The translations under genes and the position numbers were made by a program. From contig OZ025680.1 of the NCBI GenBank assembly GCA_964019335.1, positions 372,001-436,000 on the forward strand: a stretch of 64,000 nt of DNA, read 5' to 3'. Shown piece after piece: positions 35,388 through 44,933 of this stretch. Each line of letters starts with the position of its first letter. Position 1 is the first letter of the stretch. Origin of the DNA: Diplonema japonicum. Lineage: Eukaryota; Protista; Euglenozoa: Diplonemea. The notes under the pieces are model-generated. The model was not told where the DNA came from, did no database searches, and was given only the letters and a program-made list of their open reading frames with translations.

Positions 35388-37823
35388 CTATGGGCTGTGC
35401 AGGGCAGAGGAGTAGATGTCGAGGAGCTTGGAGAAGGCATCGTTCCACGTGAAGTGTTCTGCTGCCTTTCGTGCCTTGCGCGACATGTCGGCTCGGTGCA
35501 CGGGGGAGGAGATGAGAAGCTGCAGGTGGGAGATATAGGAAGTGAGGTTGTGCGGCTCTGTGAGGTACCCTGTCACGCCGTGTGTCACGAGGGTTGCTGT
35601 ACCAGAGGCGTTGGCACCTACCACCGGCAACCCCGACGCCATGGCTTCTAACACAACATTCCCCCACGTCTCTGTGGTGGAGGGATATAGGAAAATGTCT
35701 GCGCTTGCATATGCTTGCGCAAGCATTTCCTCGTTTGCCCGTCCCAGGAACCTTGTGTTGGGGAGCTGCTTTTGCATCCACCCTCGTGCCTGCCCCTCGC
35801 CCACCACCACTGACCGATGCTTCACTCCTAGCTCTGTGAGTGTGTTGATGATGCTCACAAACATTTGCAGATTCTTTTCCAACACCAACCTGCACACAAG
35901 CAGGATCACTACTTCATCCTGCTCCACGAAGCCCCTCCAGTTATTGCACCGCCTAGCTGGCGTGAAGACGTTGGTGTCGACACCCCGTTCCCACAGCTCT
36001 ATGGGCGCTGTGACACCGTTGGCTCGGAGCTCGTCCTTAACAGCGGTGGTGGGGGGTAGCACTCTGGTGCACTTGTTAAAAAAAGGTGACACGGAACGCC
36101 AGTAAAGAGACTCCAGCACCCCGTACCCGTAGTAAGAGAAGTACGTGTTGAAGCGTGTGTGGTAGCTGCAGACTGCTGGGATTTTCTGATCCTCTGCCCA
36201 GTCCAAGACCTCCGTGCCAGCACCGTCGGGTGTCGCGATGTGTACAATGTCGGGCTTGAACGAGAGCAGCTCTTCTCGAGCAGCTCGGCCAAGGCTCATC
36301 GAGTAGTAATACTCTGACCTCCCTAGCAGCCAACCACTCCACCCGTTCACACGCACCATGCGGCCCGCGTAGTTAGGGATGCCACTGTCCACCGGCGTGT
36401 CAGGAGAGAATACCACTACCTTATGCCCTAAGGCCAACATGTGTTTCACCATCCTGTTCAGCGTTAGACTAACACCATCAACCACACCACTGTACACGCC
36501 TGTCACCACAACTATCTTAAGCTTCGGGGCATCTGTACGCATAGGGAGCGGGGTCGCTGTTGCATCGTACTCACATGGAGGGTTGAAGGGACGGATCGCG
36601 GTCACATGATCTTTACAACAGTCTAACAGAAAGTACCCGATACAAATGGTGAAGGTAACAAGGATGCACCTTGCTGTTTTCAGGATTATAAGAGATGGTG
36701 AAGTAGGTGGGAGGGCTACCGTACGGCAGTTCATCTGGTACAACACAAAAACACACACACAAACAAGAGCAGCACAGAGTAAAGGGGGCATCGAGAGAAG
36801 AAGGGGCGCCCAGATATCCGAAGAGATAAGTTCCCATCCGGCAGCTGGGGACCACGATCCAGTTCCTGCAACTTCTATGGACACCGGGAGGGGAGAACCG
36901 GTGTTGGTTGGGCGACTCCAGATTTTGGATAACTCAGTGACGCACTTGCTTCTGTCGATCATGTGCTGGCCTGCGGCTCGCCGACTGCTAAGGCCCGACA
37001 TCCACAGACCGAACAGCCACGAACCGTAATCGACCACTTCATCACGCGGGCTGTAGAAGAGTGGGGGCTCTTCGGTGACGTGCGCAGCAACGAACTGCAT
37101 AGCGATGTCTTCACAGTTCCGTTCACGCTCTACCAGCCGCCTTGTTGCGACCTGCCGAGGATTACTGCTAGTATACGCTCGCAGCAGCTTGGTAGGTATG
37201 AACGCAGCCTTTGAGAGGACAATAGAGTACTGCTGCCACGCTTCAACAGCAGGGAAAGCACGGTACCGCCAACCCCCTCGTTGCTTCTGAACCACTCGCG
37301 GGAAGAATCCCACTATGCGTTCTCGGTTGTTGGTCCACTCCTTGTGCGCCCCGTGCAGGTCCCTGCACGTCACACGGACATCATCATCGACAGAGAAGAC
37401 CACCTCCGTCGTCACGTTGCGCTGTGTCTTGAACCTGCCATTCAGTGACTGCGACGGGTAATGGTTGTCTATAAAAACGGGTGCTCCCTTGCCGTTCTGA
37501 AACACTGGTGGGTTCGGTGACTCAGACCATATGATCCTGACAGCCTTCACCCCTGTGCAGTATCTGTAATAGTTTGCAGCTGCCACAGCAGAGGTCTCCC
37601 TCTTATATGTCATGAGAAATACCTCGAAACAATCCCCATGTCCCGCCTTGTCCTTGTTCCAACACTCCCGTCCGCCATTTGGCTGCCGCTCACTTCGCAG
37701 CCGGATATCACTCATCTCACCTGCTGCCCGCAGCTGCCTGACCTGCACGATCTCAAGGTAACCTAGGAACAAGACAATGGGAATTGCCAAGCCAACTTCT
37801 ATTAGTGCTCTCCATCTCACCAT
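35388..37823 (-). CDS. Glycosyltransferase fusion: N-terminal GT64 (EXTL2-like) domain, TM linker, C-terminal GT4 (SQD2/MgtA-like) domain
   Basis: GT64 motifs SLNGRF, VFSVDDD, IVGFFPR, YSIVLSKAAF, RNCEDIAMQF. GT4 motifs VDGVSLTL, PDIVHIATP, SYHTRF, WERGVDT, YASADIFLYPSTTETWGNVVLEAMASGLPVV. Confidence 0.88.
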   Translation of the reverse strand: MVRWRALIEVGLAIPIVLFLGYLEIVQVRQLRAAGEMSDIRLRSERQPNGGRECWNKDKAGHGDCFEVFLMTYKRETSAVAAANYYRYCTGVKAVRIIWSESPNPPVFQNGKGAPVFIDNHYPSQSLNGRFKTQRNVTTEVVFSVDDDVRVTCRDLHGAHKEWTNNRERIVGFFPRVVQKQRGGWRYRAFPAVEAWQQYSIVLSKAAFIPTKLLRAYTSSNPRQVATRRLVERERNCEDIAMQFVAAHVTEEPPLFYSPRDEVVDYGSWLFGLWMSGLSSRRAAGQHMIDRSKCVTELSKIWSRPTNTGSPLPVSIEVAGTGSWSPAAGWELISSDIWAPLLLSMPPLLCAALVCVCVFVLYQMNCRTVALPPTSPSLIILKTARCILVTFTICIGYFLLDCCKDHVTAIRPFNPPCEYDATATPLPMRTDAPKLKIVVVTGVYSGVVDGVSLTLNRMVKHMLALGHKVVVFSPDTPVDSGIPNYAGRMVRVNGWSGWLLGRSEYYYSMSLGRAAREELLSFKPDIVHIATPDGAGTEVLDWAEDQKIPAVCSYHTRFNTYFSYYGYGVLESLYWRSVSPFFNKCTRVLPPTTAVKDELRANGVTAPIELWERGVDTNVFTPARRCNNWRGFVEQDEVVILLVCRLVLEKNLQMFVSIINTLTELGVKHRSVVVGEGQARGWMQKQLPNTRFLGRANEEMLAQAYASADIFLYPSTTETWGNVVLEAMASGLPVVGANASGTATLVTHGVTGYLTEPHNLTSYISHLQLLISSPVHRADMSRKARKAAEHFTWNDAFSKLLDIYSSALHSP

Positions 37824-37980
37824 GAGGGAGTGCCTGGGCACCTGTGTAGAGGCTTTATTTTTGTTCTAAAACAGCAACAAAATGGAATAAAAAGGGGAAA
37901 TACATAAATTCGATAAGGTTTCAGTGTGCAGGGAGTGCTCACCGACATAAATAATCTAACAAGGATTTACTAAAATAATT

Positions 37981-40182
37981 CTACAAAGAAAGCGCCGGTG
38001 ACACAGAGCGACGCAAACTGGCTTCACTCCAGCCGTTCAGAGAAGGCGAGCACTTGGCTCGTGTTGTGGGCATCTGCACGCGAGGAGGTGCGGGTGCCGG
38101 AGACGGGGGTGATGGTGGTGTATTGGGAGTTCTTCGTGTCGCACGGTACCAAGCACGCACTTTGACCATGAATCTGCTGGTTGTGTCAGCCCGTACCATG
38201 GTAGGGGTTGAAGAGGTTATGGTGCCTGCTGTAGCTTCATAGTCTTCGGTAATGTTCTGCAGGTGGACTAGACTTGCTCTGTGTGCCTTCTCAGCAGCAT
38301 GGTATTTCTGCTTGAAGGGCACCACTCTTGCAAGCTCCTGTTCCTTGCATGCCAACCGCTCCTTCAAATCGATGATGTCGGCATGGTACCCATCCACCTC
38401 GTCGTTCAGGGCGTCCAGCATGTTCGTCAGCTTGTGCGACCCCGCCAGCTCCCCCTCCGCCTTCGAGAGCTTATTTTTAACAACACACAACTCCTCCCCA
38501 AGAGCATCCATTTTTTGTAGCTTTCTCGCATACTCGTTGAGTGCCATTTTCAGCTTATTAATCTCTTCTTGCATATCTTCTTGTATCGTGCTTGTGGCCC
38601 TGCCCAGCGATGCGTGCTTCAGTTTCAAAGCCTCGAACTCTTGGTTGGTGTCCGTCAGCACATCTGCGGTGTCCTCTAGCTTCGTCAGCAGATTGCTGCA
38701 TGTTTCCTTTGATTTTCTCAGTTCTTGTTTCGTCGATGAGTTCTCTTTTCTGAGCGCAGGGAGCTCCTTTGCCTCGTTTTCCAACTCGAGCACTCTCCGT
38801 GCTAATACGGCTTTCTCGTGCTTCAAGGTGCCAAGCTCGTCCTGTGCTGCTGTGTTTGCATCGGATGCTAGTAAGCACGCTTGGCGCTTTGCGTGGAGGT
38901 CCTCTTCTACCGAGGCGAGCTTTGCATCTGTGTTGCTCTGCAGCACTGTCCTCTCGTTCAGCTCTTGCAGGACATTGTCCAACTCATGAGCTTTGATACG
39001 AAGCTCTTCTTGGATTGCAGCGAGTTGTGCCTCCCTCTCGGAGGCAACCTGCTGTGCCGTAGCTTGCTGCTCTTGCAGGTTTCGTGAATCTGTTGTGTGC
39101 GCTGCCATGTTGTGCTTGAGCTGCTGTTCCATCTTCACAAGCACGTCACTCCGCAAGTCCACCTGAAGCTTTGCGTGGCTGTGCATCAGGTCAGCAAACG
39201 ACGCCCCTTCATCCAACACAATGGCACCCCGCTCACAACCTTCCATGGATACCAGTAGCTGTGTGCATTCACGCCGAGCTTCGTGGTACTTCGCCTTCAG
39301 GGCACAAAATTTTGCAGACATGCCATCACAGTTCTTCAGTTTTGAAGCATTAGACTCTACCTTTACTTCAGCTCTCGAAAGGTCCAATCTGAGACGCTGT
39401 GCGTCTTCCAGCAGTGTCTTCATCTCTCCCGATAGGCTTTGGTTCTCCTTTTTCAGTCTCTTAACGACAGAGCTCGTTTCATCATGCTTGTGCTTCGCTT
39501 GCATGTGTTCCATGTCGCGCTCCTGTCTCAGCTCCACAAGCCGCGCGTGGTGGGTCTCGAACTGCTTCTTCAGTCTGTCGTCTTTTGTTTTGATGGTTTT
39601 TTGCAGTATTTCTATTTTCCCTTGTAATGTGTCCACTTCGCAAGTTTTGTGCTTCAGCAGCTTTTGCGTTTCTGCCACCTGCTGTTCCAGTGCTTTGACA
39701 TTGCCAGATGCCCGCACATGCTCCAGCTTCATGTCATTAATAATGGTGAGGTTCTTCTCCTGCTGTGCCAAAGAGGAGGCCTCCAGCGCCAGCAGCTTGT
39801 TACGCAGGGTAAGTGTCGCTATCTCTGCGTTAGCCACAGCCTGCTGCTGGCAGTCAGGCATGAAGCCCTCTTCTGAAAGCCACAGGTGCGACTGAAGCAT
39901 TGCCGCTAGACCCGAGAAGTAGGTCTCCAGCTGCGCGTCTATAAGAGACCTGTAAAAGGAGCTCAGACCTTTGAAATGCGCCACATCGCACTGCAAGCTT
40001 TTGACTTCCCCGTCGTCTTTGGGTGCTGCCTTCACGCTTCGTTCTACACTCTTCAAACCCATCTCGACGCACATAGGGGACATCTCGCCCCGCATAGGGG
40101 TCCACATTCTCAAAGGCGATTCATCAGCATCGGACGTGGGAGTTGGGGGCACGGGCTTTTTTCCCTTTCTATCAGGTCGCAT
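37981..40182 (-). CDS. Long coiled-coil protein, 733 aa
   Basis: Continuous heptad-rich E/K/L/Q sequence; CAG acceptor just upstream of the ATG. Confidence 0.75.
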   Translation of the reverse strand: MRPDRKGKKPVPPTPTSDADESPLRMWTPMRGEMSPMCVEMGLKSVERSVKAAPKDDGEVKSLQCDVAHFKGLSSFYRSLIDAQLETYFSGLAAMLQSHLWLSEEGFMPDCQQQAVANAEIATLTLRNKLLALEASSLAQQEKNLTIINDMKLEHVRASGNVKALEQQVAETQKLLKHKTCEVDTLQGKIEILQKTIKTKDDRLKKQFETHHARLVELRQERDMEHMQAKHKHDETSSVVKRLKKENQSLSGEMKTLLEDAQRLRLDLSRAEVKVESNASKLKNCDGMSAKFCALKAKYHEARRECTQLLVSMEGCERGAIVLDEGASFADLMHSHAKLQVDLRSDVLVKMEQQLKHNMAAHTTDSRNLQEQQATAQQVASEREAQLAAIQEELRIKAHELDNVLQELNERTVLQSNTDAKLASVEEDLHAKRQACLLASDANTAAQDELGTLKHEKAVLARRVLELENEAKELPALRKENSSTKQELRKSKETCSNLLTKLEDTADVLTDTNQEFEALKLKHASLGRATSTIQEDMQEEINKLKMALNEYARKLQKMDALGEELCVVKNKLSKAEGELAGSHKLTNMLDALNDEVDGYHADIIDLKERLACKEQELARVVPFKQKYHAAEKAHRASLVHLQNITEDYEATAGTITSSTPTMVRADTTSRFMVKVRAWYRATRRTPNTPPSPPSPAPAPPRVQMPTTRAKCSPSLNGWSEASLRRSVSPALSL

Positions 40183-40229
40183 AATCCCTGTAGTTGATAA
40201 GCAGAAAGCAGGTTTTGGGGTGTGTTATA

Positions 40230-42155
40230 TTATACAATATCTAGTTCGAGAGACTTTACAATCTTGGACTGCCTGACTTCACTGTGCAGCAGGCTTGCCA
40301 CCTTCCTCGTGACGGCGGGAATGTCGCTGGGTGTGCCTCCCTCAAGAATTTTGCTAAGGTCGGTGAGAATGCTTTTGAGGGGGTGTCTGGTGCTTGTCGA
40401 GAGGGGCACATGAGAAGATGGATGCGAGGAGAAGGTGGTTAGTGTGAGCGTGCAGGAAGGTGGCTGCGTGGGGGGGACGGCAGGAACGGAGTGCAAGGCT
40501 GCGATGTGTAGTGGGTCAGAGACCTTGATGCGCAGTGGTGACGAAGCAAGAAAATGATTCCTCAAGAGATTGGCGATAGTGTCGTACTCGAGCAGCTCTG
40601 CTAGCTTCACACACGACATGTTGTTCTTCAACTTAACAGAAGCATCGCAGTTGTTGTCCAACAGCCACTTCACAACGTCAACACGCATCGCGACCACTGC
40701 GTAGAACAGGGGTTCCACTGCCTCGCCTCTACCTGTCACCATCCCGGTTTGCTTGTCGTCCTCCTTCAGGACCTGCAGCCCGCACCGTATATTCTTCACC
40801 ATCACGTACCCCTTCGTGTTGATCAGTATCCTACGGTACATCTTCTCTGTCTCTGCCGTCGTCTCAAACGATGTGTTGTACCTCTGCACGAGACTGCTGC
40901 ACAGGCCATCGAGTGTGCCGTCGTCGGCTCCCAAGTAGCAAGCACATTGCAACGTCTTGTAGTTCAGCACTACCTCTTCTTCCTCTTCGTCCGAAGGCAG
41001 TTGGGGTGGTGGGGTGTACCGTAGCGCCGCCGTAAGCTTTTCTTTACAAAGCCCTTCCTTAAACGGGTTTCTCTTGCATGTCCTAAGCCAATGGAGAGAA
41101 AGGGCATCCATGAGGAACGGCCCGTCACCGCATGCAGAACACTTCAATTCCTGAATCACGGGTACTATAGGGTACTCGGTGACCGTTTGAGGGGCACACT
41201 CGTGGCACACATCGAACTGGCACCGCTTGCAGTGGAAGACACCCCTAGCAATGGAGAAAGACTTGGCACAAATGGAACACCAGTATCGCGTTGTGTAGGG
41301 AGCAGGAAGGGCGGTCCTGTGGGATAGCCTCGCAAGGCATTTCATGCACAGGTGCACATCTAGCAGAACACGACGCCACGTGTCACCGTCGTCCCAGTGC
41401 AGTTGCTTCAAGGAGGAGCTGGGCAATAGCCTGCTTCCCATGTACGTGATCCGTGTTTCCTTGGCGACCACTTTGTACTCTTTGGCTTTTTTGCTGCCTT
41501 CCACACGGCATGTTAGGATCCCGCGCCCTTCTCCTTCTATGATGCCGCGTTCCCACACTTCTGACATCTCCGAGCGCTTCACGCGCACAGCGTCGCCTGC
41601 TCGAAGGTCCTCTGGCGAGACGTCTCTGCCCTCCACCCACCTGTCGCCTAGGTCAACTTGCTTTTTGAACGTCTTCCGAACGTTATAGTACTTTCCTTTA
41701 TACTTCACACGGTCACCTGCCTTGTGCTGTCCTGCGGGCAGACACGCGCCCATCAGGGGTATGCTGTACATCCCCATCGTGTCCACTACAAGCCTGCGTG
41801 TGTTCGAAGTTTTTATCCGCACCCGATGCCCGCTGAGCGTTACCCACATGCCTTGCAGTTTGGCAACAACTGCCGGGGGCAAAGGTAGTGCCATCACCAT
41901 GCAGCACGCGACTAAGCAGACCAGACGGGTCGCATGCGCCGAAAGATCGTTTAGAGCTGGTTGAGACTCTTGCTGGTCGTCTGGAGACTCCTGTGGGGCT
42001 GGGGCTGGGGCTGGAGTGGCTTCTCCTTTTGCGTCTTGCTCTTTGTCGTCCTTCTTCTCTTCTTCAACCACCTCCGCTCCTATCGCCTTGCGATAGTTGG
42101 CCACAGCATCGCCCTCACCGAAGAGATCATAGTCTAGAAGCTCCTCATCCCCCAT
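40230..42155 (-). CDS. Multidomain hypothetical protein (Tudor/KOW-like segment, Cys-rich zinc finger, ankyrin repeat), 641 aa
   Basis: WCSICAK...FHCKRCQFDVCHEC; ankyrin-like PLFYAVVAMRVDVVKWLLDNNCDASVK...LAELLEYDTIANLL. Confidence 0.7.
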   Translation of the reverse strand: MGDEELLDYDLFGEGDAVANYRKAIGAEVVEEEKKDDKEQDAKGEATPAPAPAPQESPDDQQESQPALNDLSAHATRLVCLVACCMVMALPLPPAVVAKLQGMWVTLSGHRVRIKTSNTRRLVVDTMGMYSIPLMGACLPAGQHKAGDRVKYKGKYYNVRKTFKKQVDLGDRWVEGRDVSPEDLRAGDAVRVKRSEMSEVWERGIIEGEGRGILTCRVEGSKKAKEYKVVAKETRITYMGSRLLPSSSLKQLHWDDGDTWRRVLLDVHLCMKCLARLSHRTALPAPYTTRYWCSICAKSFSIARGVFHCKRCQFDVCHECAPQTVTEYPIVPVIQELKCSACGDGPFLMDALSLHWLRTCKRNPFKEGLCKEKLTAALRYTPPPQLPSDEEEEEVVLNYKTLQCACYLGADDGTLDGLCSSLVQRYNTSFETTAETEKMYRRILINTKGYVMVKNIRCGLQVLKEDDKQTGMVTGRGEAVEPLFYAVVAMRVDVVKWLLDNNCDASVKLKNNMSCVKLAELLEYDTIANLLRNHFLASSPLRIKVSDPLHIAALHSVPAVPPTQPPSCTLTLTTFSSHPSSHVPLSTSTRHPLKSILTDLSKILEGGTPSDIPAVTRKVASLLHSEVRQSKIVKSLELDIV

Positions 42156-42253
42156 TCCTATGTGCTGGATGACTCAAAGTTCAATAGAAAAACAAAATAA
42201 CTGTGTAAGTATTTCTTCTTTTTTCTCCTCCGCCCCCCCTTTTTTTTTATTCC

Positions 42254-42394
42254 CTACGATTTCTGGTACGTAACGGTGTATCCCGAGTTCTGCGCAGGAA
42301 GGTAAAGGTTACCAGGAAGGACGTTGTAAGCCTGGTTGCCGGGAAGGGCGAAGGTGTAGCCTGCACCACCTTGGGGAGCCTGACCAGCGGGCAT
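42254..42394 (-). CDS. Microprotein A, 46 aa (MPAGQAPQGGAGYTFALPGNQAYNVLPGNLYLPAQNSGYTVTYQKS)
   Basis: ATG after an A-run, GC-rich coding island, clear paralogy to the adjacent 48-aa ORF; below the ORF-track cutoff. Confidence 0.75.
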   Translation of the reverse strand: MPAGQAPQGGAGYTFALPGNQAYNVLPGNLYLPAQNSGYTVTYQKS

Positions 42395-42518
42395 TTTTTT
42401 GTGTCTCTTTTTTTTTGGTGTAGCTTTTTTTTTTTTTTTTTTTTTTTTCCCTCAAACAATAGAAGGGGGGGGGGATAGAAATGTGTAGTGTACTAGACCC
42501 CCTCCCCTTTTTCTTTTC

Positions 42519-42665
42519 TTAGGAGGAGTTCGAGTAGATAATGGAATAACCCTCAGAATTTCCCGGGAGCTGTAAGTTCCCAGGGTTGATGACCACTTTC
42601 TGATTTGCCGGAAGGGTGAACGCGTACCCTCCTGGGCGGGGTGCAGCGATACCCTGGCCAGGCAT
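42519..42665 (-). CDS. Microprotein B, 48 aa (MPGQGIAAPRPGGYAFTLPANQKVVINPGNLQLPGNSEGYSIIYSNSS)
   Basis: Shares GYxFxLPxNQxxxxxPGNLxLPxxxxGYxxxY with microprotein A. Confidence 0.75.
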   Translation of the reverse strand: MPGQGIAAPRPGGYAFTLPANQKVVINPGNLQLPGNSEGYSIIYSNSS

Positions 42666-42749
42666 GTTCCTTTTTCTTTTTTGTTCTAGTGTAGTGTCTG
42701 TGTGAGGGTGGTTGAGAAGAACTAAATTGAAGGCAAACAGCTTTACAAA

Positions 42750-44090
42750 AGAAAAAAAATAGAAATACAGTGCTACCACTGGTAGTAATATCACTGGGCC
42801 TCAACAGGGAGGAGGAGGGAAGAAAGGAGAGAAAACGTAGCGAGGAAAAAAGAAAAAAAGAGAAGAGAAAAGAGAGAGGAGAGAGGGAGAAGAGGGGAGG
42901 TGGAGAGAAATGAGTTATTCCTAAAAGTAGAGGCGCAAAAAAAAAAATAATAAGTAATAGAGGGAAAAAAAAATATAGATGGAGAAGGAGGGGAAGAGGT
43001 AGGGAAGGGTAGGGATATAAGAAAAAGAGAGAGAAAAAAAATTATCACTCACTTTCATAGTGTTGCAATCCCTCCTCACTATGGGCTTTTTCGTTTCTTG
43101 TTTTTTTTTTTTTTTTTTTTGTTTTTTTCTTTTTTAAAGGTATCGAAGGGTTTTTTTTTTTTTTTTCTTCTTTCTTTTTCTCGTCCAAGAAGTCTCATAG
43201 TAGTAGTGCGGTGTTAATTTATTTTTATCTTCTCCTTTTTTTCTTTTTTTCTTTCTTTCATTTTTGTTTTCTTTTCTTCTTTTTTTTCCCCTTTAAATTT
43301 TAGCCCCGATAAGAGCTAACATTACCCAACACAGTGGAGAGAGTGACAAATCAAAAAGAAAAGAATTTTTTTTATATTTTATTTTTAAGAAAGTACCGTA
43401 TTTGTACTCAATGCGGAACGAGAAAAGATCCAAAATCCGAATTTTCCTTTTTGTCGTTTGTTCCATATTTATTCCGTTTCTAAATTAATTTCGTATTTTT
43501 GGTTTTCTTGGCCTCCGTAGCCCTCGGCCTAAAGAACCAAACGAAAATAAAATAAACAAGAATCCTTTCTCCCCCTCCCCCCTTTTTTTCGAACTCGAAA
43601 AGTTCCAAATTTACCCATTTCAAGAAGTTCTAAATTGGTTTTTTTTTTTAATTTTTATTTTGTTCCATGTTAAGTACACTTACGGTATCTGCGATAAATA
43701 AAATAAAAAAATAGGGAGGAGGAGGGGCATCCCCATCATCAAAACCGGATAATAAAAGAGAACTCCGGGAAACAAGCAGTTTTGCTGTCAATGGTATTTT
43801 TTTTTTCTTTTTTTTTTTTTTTGCTTTTGTTCTTGCCTTTTTTTTTTTTTTTTTTTTTCTTTAACCCCCCAGTCGATCGGCAAAATTTTCTTGGATCATA
43901 GTGATCGTCCAAAAAACACAAAAAAAAAAAAAAAAATCACATGATGGGAGGGAGGAAAAGTGATAAAAAATTACGTCTCGTCTCTAAAATCTGTCATCTG
44001 AACAGAAAATTGCCGTTCTTGTCAAAGGCTCTACTTCCCTCCAGGCCACACAAAAATCTGACAGTTTTAGAGGCGTGAGAGCGTTTGCAT

Positions 44091-44121
<31 letters not shown>

Positions 44122-44902
44122 CTTTTTTTTTTTTTTTTTGGTGCATGTTGAATTGTAGCTCTTGTGAGTTGTAGTGGTGCTGTAGGTGTTCCTAGGGGGT
44201 TACCCCCTCATCGATTTTTTTTGTTTTCTTCTGTCGCCTTCTTACTTTCTTTCTTTTTCACACCTTCATCAAAACTAGGCAGGTTTAGGACGTTCTCAGC
44301 AAATCAAAAGGGAAAAAAAAAAGAAATTAGTATTTCACTTTTTTTTTTTTTTCCCTTTTTCATTTGGTTGTGTTTTATATCAGTTTTCTTTTTTCTTTTT
44401 ATGCCTAGTACTGAAGAGGAAAAAGAAAAGAAAAGAAGTACAAATCCGGAAAAGTCTTGGGAGGGGGTTTTCTCCTTTTTTTTTTCTTTTTTTTTTTTGC
44501 CTATTTTTTTGTCCTCTTTTCTATTATCGTTTGGTATCCGGGAGGGGGTCCCTTTTCTTCTTCTTCCACTTCTTCCTTAAGCTGGAAGAAAGAGAAGAAG
44601 AAAAAGAGGAAATCACGGGCACAAGGAGCCTAGACGCCATATAGTTACATTTGAATCGGTCTTAAGGAAAAAAGAATGTACCTCTCAGCATGCATACATT
44701 GGCAAAAATAGGATCCAGCAAAGCAATTTTCGGTACTCGAATCGACTTCTGAGTGAGAAAAAAAAATAACTAAGGGAGGAGGAGGGGGGGAGAGAGAAAA
44801 AAATACCCCCCCCTGTCAAGTTGTGGTGTGGCCATTCATCTAACCTATCCTTTTCAACGCTAAGGGAAGGAAGAAAAGCTTTGTATTAATTTTGTATTAT
44901 TA

Positions 44903-44933
<31 letters not shown>

